DNA of 64,000 nt from Eledone cirrhosa (Eukaryota), in the NCBI GenBank assembly GCA_964016885.1, contig OZ024741.1, forward strand, positions 306,714,001 to 306,778,000, written 5' to 3'. The notes beneath the pieces are model-generated. The model was not told the DNA's origin, searched no databases, and saw only the letters and a list, made by a program, of their open reading frames with translations. A program made the position numbers and the translations under genes. Shown here piece by piece: positions 42,440-53,100 of this stretch; position 1 is the first letter of the stretch, and each line of letters starts with the position of its first letter.

Positions 42440-45400
42440 TATATATTGTGTGTGTATGTATATATATATATATACACAGAAGTATCTTCGGTTAGTTGTG
42501 GGGTCTAGTTTGCAAGAAGAACTGAATGTAATCCATATGTTGAAAATATTGTAGGTTAAAATAAATCCCGGAAAACAATAAAAGATCAAAAGGAAAACAG
42601 AGTCATGATATAAGTTAAAACAATGAAATAAAAATTCAAGTCATTAGAAATATACTTCACTGCTTTACGATCGTTTGTAGGTGATAATAATACACCCTAC
42701 GCATATTTCGTTATCGATCTATGTAGGGTTAGTTACAAAATATCAAATAAGGAATATATTTAACTACATGTATATCATCACCCATTGTCAAAAGCAATGA
42801 AAATTTATTCACAATCAATAGTAAATTGAGTTCTATGACCTTATTTGGAGGTAGCTGAAGAACAAACCAAAAAATTGTTTTTTGCCATATGGTGTTACGA
42901 TGAAATATAACTCACTTTAGTTGAGGTCATGGCCTTTTGAAAGGAATGGTTGAATGGTGTTAAAAATAGAATTACTATGAAGAACCTATGAAGAAAAGGG
43001 ATTGTTATATTGATAGTGGAATGTAGATGGTGGAGTGAAGTTTAAAAGGAATGTAAAAATTAAATGTTGAGTTGTGTTGTATGGAATTTTTAGGTGAATA
43101 TAAATAAGTAAATATAAAATATACAGAGATACCTGAGATAAATATAGATAGGTAAAGTAATGGTCATAACTAGGAAGGATAGTAGATTAAAAGATGAAAA
43201 TTATAATAAGATAATAAAATATAATAATATAATAATATAATATAATGTAATATAATATAGTATCGTATGGTACATTGTATATAGTATAATATAGCGTATG
43301 ATGTATCATAAAATATAAAATAGTAAATATTTTCAAGTGGGTCAATGTATAAGTAATCAAACTCAGATAAATACATGTTGACATATAGTCAAAACGCATA
43401 ATTTTCTTAGATCACAAAAGTACAAATATTCACTTATATATAGATAGAGGTAAAATTACATTGATACTCCATTAAAAACATACATACGCATACATAGATA
43501 TATACATATACATACACATACATACACGCACACAAGCATATATATATCATCATTCATCATTTTCATTTCATTTTACGTCCGCTTTTTCCCTGCTTGCAAG
43601 GGTGGGTCGGGAACTGATTCTGGCTTGATTTCTACAGCTGGATGCCTTTTCTAACACCAACCTCATTTACAGTGAGCGCTGGGTGCTTTTTTGCGTGGCA
43701 CCTGCACGACCACTTTGCAGTCCCTATCATCTCATTTCTACAGCTGAGTAAACTGGAGCAATGTGAAATAAAGTGTCTTGCTCAAGGAAACAACACAATC
43801 ACCCGGTCTGAGAATTGAACTCACAACCTTTTGATTGCAAGGCCAATGCTCTAACCACTAAGCCATGTGCCTCCATTTATGTGTATATATATATACACAC
43901 ACTTATACATACATATATACATGTACACACACATAGATGTGCATACACATATACACACACATACACATATACACACATATATATATACACACACACTATA
44001 TATATATATATATATATATTCTCTTATCATACATTCATAGATACATGTATACCCATGCAATTTCAGGTGTTTATGTACCTTGATGCCCTTAGTCAGTAAC
44101 GCATGAATCTATGGAAGCTAATAAATTAAAGAATAAACAGGAAGGCATATAATTAGGGGAAAGGGATAATAACAAATGGTACGTCACAGAACTATAGTGA
44201 GTTACTATTTAGAGTGTTTAATTAGGTTTATAGTTCTTAAACTCAGCTTCATTCATACAATTCGACATCGATTCTTACTATTCTTCGATTTCTCCAATTC
44301 TCTTAAACAAAGCACTGATCTTCACCAGTAATAGATCGGATTTATCTACTGAGGAAATCAACATCATAACTCGCGCTAGAAAAACCTTACTAAACTTCCA
44401 AAAAGAACACTGGACAAGAAACACATAACAACTTATTCGATATAACGATGGGATCCATGGACTCTGCTCAAGTTACGGACCTCATTGGACTATTTCTCCT
44501 CTATAATATTCATTCCTCTTTTCCCCACCTCAAAGGTGGTCTTTATCGGGATGATTGTCTATTGATATCTAACAATCTTAGCAATTCTAATATAGAGAAA
44601 AAACAAAAAACAAATTAGAAAATTCCTCAACTACTATTACAACCGTAACATTACCTTTGAAAACACCTCAAAAGTAGCTAACTTCCTTGACGTTACCTTA
44701 GACCTCTCTACGAATATTTATCAACCTTACAACAAACCCAACCAGAACCTACACTATGTACATTCACGCTCTAACCACCCTGGCTCTATACTAAAAAACT
44801 TAGTATATAACATATCTCTTAGACTTTATAAATTATCTTCCAATGAAGATATATTTTATAAAAATGCACCCTTCTACAACGAGGCCCTAACTAGAAGTGG
44901 ATATAAAGAAAACATTTCATATATCCCCAACACTACTATGGACCATACTACAAAACCTAGCAAAAACTACAAACACCAAAAAATACCATCGAAACAAATA
45001 CCTAATGAGGTTATTCCTATCACACCAAACAACCGAAAAACCACAACAACTATTACTACACGATCTATGACCAATGTTAACAACTCACATATGAATACCA
45101 AACATTCAACCTCTCATAATCTACCCAATAATAACACCAAATACAACCACTGCAATTTACCAGATTCCACAAATACAAATACTAACCATAAGATTTCTTC
45201 TAGAACACAGCACATTAATATAAGTGGGAATAAGAACTTAACTAAAAACCGCAAAAGAAACATAACATGGTACAACGCACCCTTCAACCTGCAAAGTATT
45301 GGACAAATCCCCCAAAAATTCTTCGAAATTCTACATAAACATTTTCCACTAAACCACAGATACCACCAAATATTTAACAGATATACTGTTAAATTCTCAT

Positions 45401-48400
45401 ATTCTACATCAAACAATCTCCAGCAAAAAATAAGCAACTACAACATTTATAAATATAAAAATAATATGACCACACCACCAGAACATAATTTAAATAAGAC
45501 TGCACCATTTAAAAGGACAAATAATACAATCCTTCAACCTGGAAAACACAACCACCCAAATCACCAACACAAAAACAACATAACACAAAATCACAATACA
45601 ACCCCAGCACTAAATCACCCACAAAGCAGCACTCATTTTCTCTCTAACATTAATTACAATAAGAATAGCTCAAGGATTAATGAGAATTATGTAGGTACCC
45701 CCAACAACCATCTTACATATGGTTGTAATTGCAGAAATAGAAGCCCTTGCCCCTTAAATAGCAACTGTTTGATTAATAATGTAATATATAAATGCACTGT
45801 GTCTACTACTGACTCCAACAAATCATATATAGGATCTACATCGAACACATTTAAGAAAAGATATTACGCACACTCCAGTAGCTTTAACAATACTAAACTA
45901 GTTAACACCACATCTTTAGCTGAAGCAGTAAATAACTATAAAAAGAAAAAATATATTTCAAGCTATCGTGGGATACCATTCTGCAAAGAACTCCATATAT
46001 TGGAAACAGAAGAGAATGCAGATTATGTTCCGGGGAGATCTTGGAAATTACTAAATCTAAGGACGATTTATTGAATAAAAGACAGGAACTGATTATAGCT
46101 TGTAATCACCGTATACGAAAATAATCTAAGTACTATAAACCTAATTAAACACTCTAAATAGCAACTCAATATAGTTCTATGTGACGTACCATTTGTTAGT
46201 ATCCCTTTCCCCTAATTATATGCCTTCCTGTTTATTCTTTAATTTTTTAACCTTTTTATTTATTAGCTTCCATAGATTCATGCGTTACTGACTAAGGGCA
46301 TCAAAGTACATAACCATCTGTAATTGCATGGGTATACATGTATCTATGTATGTATGATAAGAGAATATATGTATATATAAATATATGTATGTATATATAT
46401 ATGTGTATGTGTGTGTATATGTGTATGCACATTTATGTGTGTACATGTATATATGTATGTATAAGTGTGTATATATATATGTTTGTGTGCGTGTATATAT
46501 GTGTATGTATATGTTTATATCTATGTATGCGTATGTATGTTTTTAATGGAGTATCAATGTAATTATATCTCTATTTATATATGTGAATATTTGTACTTTT
46601 GTGATCTAAGAAAATTATGCGTTTTGACTATATGTCAACATGCATTTATCTGAGTTTGATTACTTATACATTGACCCACTTGAAAATATTTACTATTTTA
46701 TATTTTATGATACATCATACGCTATATTATACTATATACAATGTACCATACGGTACTATATTATATTACATTATATTATATTATTATATTATTATATTTT
46801 ATTATCTTATTATAATTTTCATCTTTTAATATACTATCCTTCCCTTCCTAGTTATGACCATTACTTTACCTATCTATATTTATCCTAAAAATTACCTATC
46901 TATATTCATCTAAAAATTCCATACAACACAACTCAACATTTAATTTTTACATTCCTTTTAAACTTCACTCCACCATCTACATTCCACTATCAATATAACA
47001 ATCCCTTTTCTTCATAGGTTCTTCATAGTAATTCTATTTTTAACACCATTCAACCATTCCTTTCAAAAGGCCATGACCTCAACTAAAGTGAGTTATATTT
47101 CATCGTAACACCATATGGCAAAAAACAATTTGATTGGTTTGTTCTTCAGCTACCTCCAAATAAGGTCATAGAACTCAATTTACTATTGATTTTGAATAAA
47201 TTTTCATTGCTTTTGACAACGGATGATGATATACATGTAGGTAAATATATTCCTTATTTGATATTTTGTAACTAACCCTACATAGATCGATAATGAAATA
47301 TGCGTACGATGTATTATTATTACCTAGAAGCGATCGTAAAGCAGTGAAGTATATTTCTAATTACTTGAATTTTTATTTCATTGTTTTAACTTTATATATA
47401 TATTGTATATCTATATATATACAATGATATTAAATAAATGAAAACTATATTTATAAAACCAGATTTATTTTATTATATATATTTCAAGGGTACCAAGACA
47501 ACATTGTATTTTATCTGATGAAAGCGTACCAATGTTGTCTTGGTACCCTTGAAATATATAATAATAAAATAAATATGGTTTTATAAATATCGTTTCCATT
47601 TATTTAATATCATTGAATATTTACTCCAGTTAACTGTTGAGTGCTCTAAATCAGTTATAAACATTTATATTTGTCGGACTTCCAACAAATTAAATACCCT
47701 TATATATCATCATCATCAGGTTTAGCGTCCGTGTTCCACGCTTGCATGGGTTTGGACGGGGGTTTTCCCACTTGAGGCAAGAGTGGTTGTCTTGCTCGCA
47801 TAGGACTGTCTGGCGGGTTTTCTACAGTTGGATGCCCTTCCTAACACCAACCACATTTACAGTGTGGGGCTGGGAGGTTTTTACCGTGTTGCCTACACGG
47901 CCACATTACAGCGTGGACTGTCTGGCGGGTTTTCTACAGCTGGATGCCCTTCCTAACACCAACCACATTTACAGTGTGGGGCTGGGAGGTTTTTACCGTG
48001 TTGCCTACACGGCCACATTTACAGCGTGGACTGTGTGTTTTTTTGTCGTGACACCTACATGATCTCATTTGTTTCGGCCTGGATGTTGTGGGACCAACAT
48101 AACTGTACATTGAAAGGGGCGGTGTGGATGGGGTGGAGGTGGTGGGACGGGGGGGTGTTTTGATAGAGATGCCTACTGACTGTAGTAGGTTTTTACTTTG
48201 TATTTAGGTAAGGCGGGTCTTCTCTATTACTGAGTACCGCCAAAGGTCTCGGTCCAGTGACATTGTCTTGGAGAGGTGTAAGCGTGTGAGGTCGGAATTT
48301 ATCAGCTCGTCCCATGTTTTTCTGGGTCTGCCTACTCCGTGGCTACCGTCTATCTTTATTGCCCTGCACTTTGTTATACAGCTGTCGTCTTTCATGCGCA

Positions 48401-50115
48401 TCACGTGACCGTACCAACGTAGCCTTCTCTCGAGTAAACAACATCTGATCCCTCTTATTTCTAATTTTTTCCTTAGTTCGTTTATGCTTTGCCGTTCACG
48501 TATATTACTATTGCACATCCAGCGGAGCATGCAAGCTTCGTTCCTCTCTAGTCTGCGTATATCCTCTGCACACAATGCCCAGGTCTCACTGCCATGCAGC
48601 ATTGCTGTTCGTATGCAGGCATCGTATAACCTGCCTTTCATTTTTAGGGAGAACCCTCTAGCGGCTAATAGTGGTATAAGCTCTCTGAACTTTTTCCATC
48701 CAGTTCTGACTCTAGCTACTGTACTTTCAGAGCACCCTCCCCCACTGTCACCCAGGTAACGGAAGCTGTCCACTATTTCTATAGAACCCTCTGCGCAGTT
48801 GAAGGAGCTAGTATTTTGTGGGCACTTGCTGCTACTTATTGCACCAGAGCACCGGCCACATGTAAAATCTATGTTCTTAGTTAGCTTACCTGTGATCCCA
48901 CTACATCTTTTATGCACCCATACTTTGCATTTGGGACATAAAATGGAGTTTCTACCTACGCTTTTCCTACACACTGAGCATGGCCATTTCCCGGATGGGA
49001 CTGCCGCCATATTTTCTTTCCTACAAACTAGAACTTTTGTCTTAGCCAGGTTAATTTTAAGGCCTTTTGATTCTAGGCCGTGCTTCCATGTTTGGAATTT
49101 CTTCTCTAGTTCGGTCATTGATTCAGCTATGAGCGTTAGATCATCTGCGTATAGGAGTTCCCATGGGCAGCCGGTCTTGAACTCCTCTGTTATAGCCTGA
49201 AGGGCAATAATAAATAGTAGGGGGCTAAGAACAGAGCCCTGATGGACACCAACTTTTACGCTAAACTCTTCACTATATTCGTTGTTAATTCTAACCTTGC
49301 TGACTGTTTCTTTATACATGGCTTGTATAGCTCTCACAAGCCATTCGTCAACACCTAGTTTTCTAAGAGACCACCAGATAATGGAACGGGGGACTCTGTC
49401 GAAGGCTTTCTCCAAGTCGACGAAAGCTAAGTATAGGGGTTTACTTTTAGCTAGGTACTTCTCCTGTAGTTGTTGTACAATGAAAAGAGCGTCTGTGGTA
49501 CTTTTGCCTGACACAAATCCGAACTGCATTTCATCTAGATCAATTCTCTCTCTGATTAGTTGCGCTATTACTTTTTCCGTGACCTTCATGACCTGGTCGA
49601 TTAATTTAATGCCTCTATAGTTACTCCTATCTAGGGCATCTCCTTTTCCCTTATAGCAGTTAACGATGATGCTGCTACGCCAGTCCTTCGGAACAACCCC
49701 ATTCTGTATGACTTGGTTAACTATCCGGGTGACCATGGTGTGTCCCACCGAACCAGATGCCTTCAGCATCTCAGCAACTATTTCCGAAGGACCAGCCGCC
49801 TTACCCGTCTTCATATCTTTGATTGCCTTGCTTATTGTACTACCCTGGACTAACACTGCTGGTCCCTCTATTGGGTCGATGTGGGGGAGACTGTCTTTCT
49901 CCCATTTGTTCTCCTCATTTAGAAGCCTTTCGTAGTGACACTTCCAAGCTACCTTCTTATCAGCGTCGGTGATGGCAAGTATGCCATCATCGTTAAGCAC
50001 ACACTTCTCCCCGACAATATCACGGTTTTCCTTGACACATATAAGTATATATATATATAACCCATGCAAGCGTGGAACATGGATGTTAAACGATGATGAT
50101 GATGATGATGATGAT

Positions 50116-50154
<39 letters not shown>

Positions 50155-53100
50155 TGTATATATATATATATTAACTTTGATAACTTTGATAGGTTTTGGC
50201 CAGTATTGGCCCAGGCCATGACTAACTTAATAGCACCACCCGGCGAAGTTTTCAAATCAGGATTTGAGCACCATGGCTCACTCAAGTAGCCCACATATCC
50301 GGATGTAGGGGTTTTATCAGGGATTTCTTGAAGGAATTTGTCCAAAGACTTCTTGAACGTGATGGGGTCTGTTTCTGTTTTAATGTGTTTTGGTGTAATG
50401 TTAGAGAGAGCAGGGCCAATTGAGGTGAAATAATTGTGCCACTTTGTTGTTATGAGATGCGAGTAAAATTTGGGGACCCAAGCTTTGGGTGTACCTTAGA
50501 GGTGATATTTATGTAATAATATATATGAAATTAGATTGCTCCAATTTAGTTAGACATGAAGAAAATTTGATTTTGATACAATGGTAATGAAATGAAATCT
50601 TCTTGCATAGATATAATGGTTTATGAAGTTTAATTGATAATGTTCAGTAAATTATTTGAAAATTTTGTTTTAGTTTAATATTGTTCTTTTGATTGAGAGA
50701 ATATCTGTTCATTACACTTATCCATGCTGATATATAATGATTCATAATGTTCAGTAGATTCTGTTGGAAAACAATGTTTTAATCTTACCTCGATCTTCTG
50801 ATGGACGGCAATTAAATCCATTACACCTATCCGATCTCTCACCTTTGGTTCCTGAAAAATAATTGTTACATCATCATCTTTATGTCAACTTTTCCATGCT
50901 GGACATTTTTTGATACAATGCTTTACAGTTAGATGCCTTTCATGATGCCAACCCTTTTGTCACCTCTTACATGATGCTAAGATACAGTTTATCTATAAAT
51001 AAAAAAAACGAGATACTGAATTTAAAGATGATCTTTATCACTCACATAAGAATATGCAGTCTTTTAAATGTACCACAAGGAGAGAATATCACATAGACCA
51101 TTGTCTCCAAGACTGAGAGAAAGTTTAAACACACAAACAAAATTGCTTTTCATAGTTCCGAATCTTTAACAGTGTCAAATCTTAGTGCCCTAACTGTCAA
51201 GTCTATCTATTTTAAGCCAAATATAATACCTCATTACACTATATTCATTTTTAATCTGTAATATTTGCTCAAGTTCAAAAGTGTGCCTGGGCTAACAAAT
51301 TCCTACTCAAAATATATTTGAATAAAATAATCCACAATGACTTTAATTCCTAATTTTCCAAAGAAGATTAACTTTGTTTCAATTTCATAAATGTTACATG
51401 AACAAAAATTTCCTCTGTACTGTCTGACTAAAAATTTCAGCCAGTTAAATATAATAAACTGCTACTATTTTCCAAAGTAAATATGGCTTTTCTTTCAACA
51501 TTATAAGTGTTATATGAACAAAATATATTCCCTCAAACACTCAAGCCAGAAAATTCAATCCAGGTAAAACTAACAAGCTGTATGATGCAAAAGAGGTGCA
51601 AGTGAATATGTTTAAAGTTTGGTTGTGTCAGCTGCAATCTCTCTTTATTAGGGAATATGTATATTGTGTGTATGTATGTATGTATCTATAAGATTTACAA
51701 CTCTCAGAGCCAATAAAATGTCAGAACAATCAATGCAAATTTGTAATCATACCACCTCTATTCCAAGGATAAGCAGAGTGGTTATATGTCATTGTAAAAT
51801 ATTTGCATCAATAAAAATACCTTCTCTACAAATATATAAGATTTCTCAGAAAACAATGAAATAGCACAAACATCACACATGCCTTAAATACTGAACCTTA
51901 CTCAGCTTGCTGAAAAAAATAAAATGCTGCCAAATCTCCTTCAAAAACCCCATCCAGCAATCTTATGTATGGTGTCTTTTAACAAAATTCAAGAAAAATG
52001 TTATGTCCTTTTTTATATTAATATATTCCCTGTCTTGAAACAATTTCTGTTTCATTCAATATCTTATTAATATTAGGGAGGTGAGGACTGACCATGAAAT
52101 GCAGATATTAATTCCGCGATTTTTGTACAATGGGGATATTAATTTATTGAGTTAAAAGAAAATTAAAAATGCCTAAACAACATTATAAATTGCTCACAAT
52201 TCATTCAGGAGAAAATTACAAATATGATGTCGTTAATAAACACAAATATAAAGGCATAAAAGAGAGAGAAAAAAAAAGATGATGTAAAAAATGTGGGGTG
52301 GGGATCAAAAACAAAATTTGGAAAGTTGCACAAGGGTTCTGAGACAAAACAGGCTTGGGAACTGCTGCGTTAGATAATTTAATCCTACATATGCCTAAAA
52401 TTATGAGATTTTCATGGCTGAAGAAGCAATTTCTTCACATTGAGAAATTTTTATATTTTCAACTATATAATATGAAGAAGTTTGAAAGTGTTTGCCTATA
52501 CATTCTCTATGCAACATATGGACATATGGACATTTTGCAGCATAAATCCTTGGTAAATGAGCTCAGGTACATGTGTCTGGCCAATATCTTTAACCCTTTA
52601 GTTACCAATCTGGTCAAAATTGGCTCTGGTTCTATGAAATAAAACCACCCATTTTAAAGGTTTACAATTTAAATTAAAATCTTCCAGCATAATTTTATAT
52701 AATCACCTTACATTAAGTTACTATCTTAGAATGAAATAATTACTTAATATAAAGCAAATCTCTCAAAATTCTTCATTAATTAATTTAAATAGACTATATT
52801 TAATTAAAAATGTGGTCATGAAAAGGTTAAAAAATTCAAATGAAGCAATGCCATTTTAGTGTTACACTTCATAAATTGTTTTTTTCTCTATTATGTCTGA
52901 AACTGTTAGACTAATTCAATCTTTGCTAACTAGTTGCAAACAAAAGATGCTTCTCAATCTTTTGGCAAAAATCAGTCATTCTTAAGATGAACAATGACTC
53001 AGTAACAGTTGTCTTCACAAGTTTGTATTTCCATAAACAATGGAGCTAAAGGTGAGTGAGGCACTACCCATCGGAGGAGATACAAACTATGGAGTGTGGA

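Larger units (their letters stand above)
15524..52662. repeat. Tandem segmental array of a ~4.2-kb microexon-bearing unit, carrying seven exon copies
   Basis: Near-identical blocks recur throughout. Head-to-tail junction ttttaaaggtt|cagctattc at ~19168 and ~25344. The left flank enters at ttcagctatt (15524) and the right flank leaves after ttttaaaggtt (52662). Confidence 0.95.

Noticed and set aside
43170-46888. Mirror-image Tyr/Ile-rich ORFs on opposite strands
   Set aside because: These are low-complexity translations of the two arms of the Penelope inverted repeat.
48204-50345. 713-aa ORF as a novel fusion protein
   Set aside because: The first ~100 aa read through an unrelated LINE 3' remnant, (TA)n and (GAT)n tracts into a truncated RTE. 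This is a chance open frame.
18188-51864. Recurrent ~66-aa plus-strand [21 protein letters not shown]... in each unit
   Set aside because: Recurrence follows from recent duplication. It starts in a (TATG)n tract, has a stop in the first copy (~16704) and contains no recognisable motif.
15524-52662. CRISPR-like or prokaryotic defence array interpretation
   Set aside because: The repeats are kilobase units in eukaryotic intronic DNA, with no short repeat-spacer periodicity and no cas genes.
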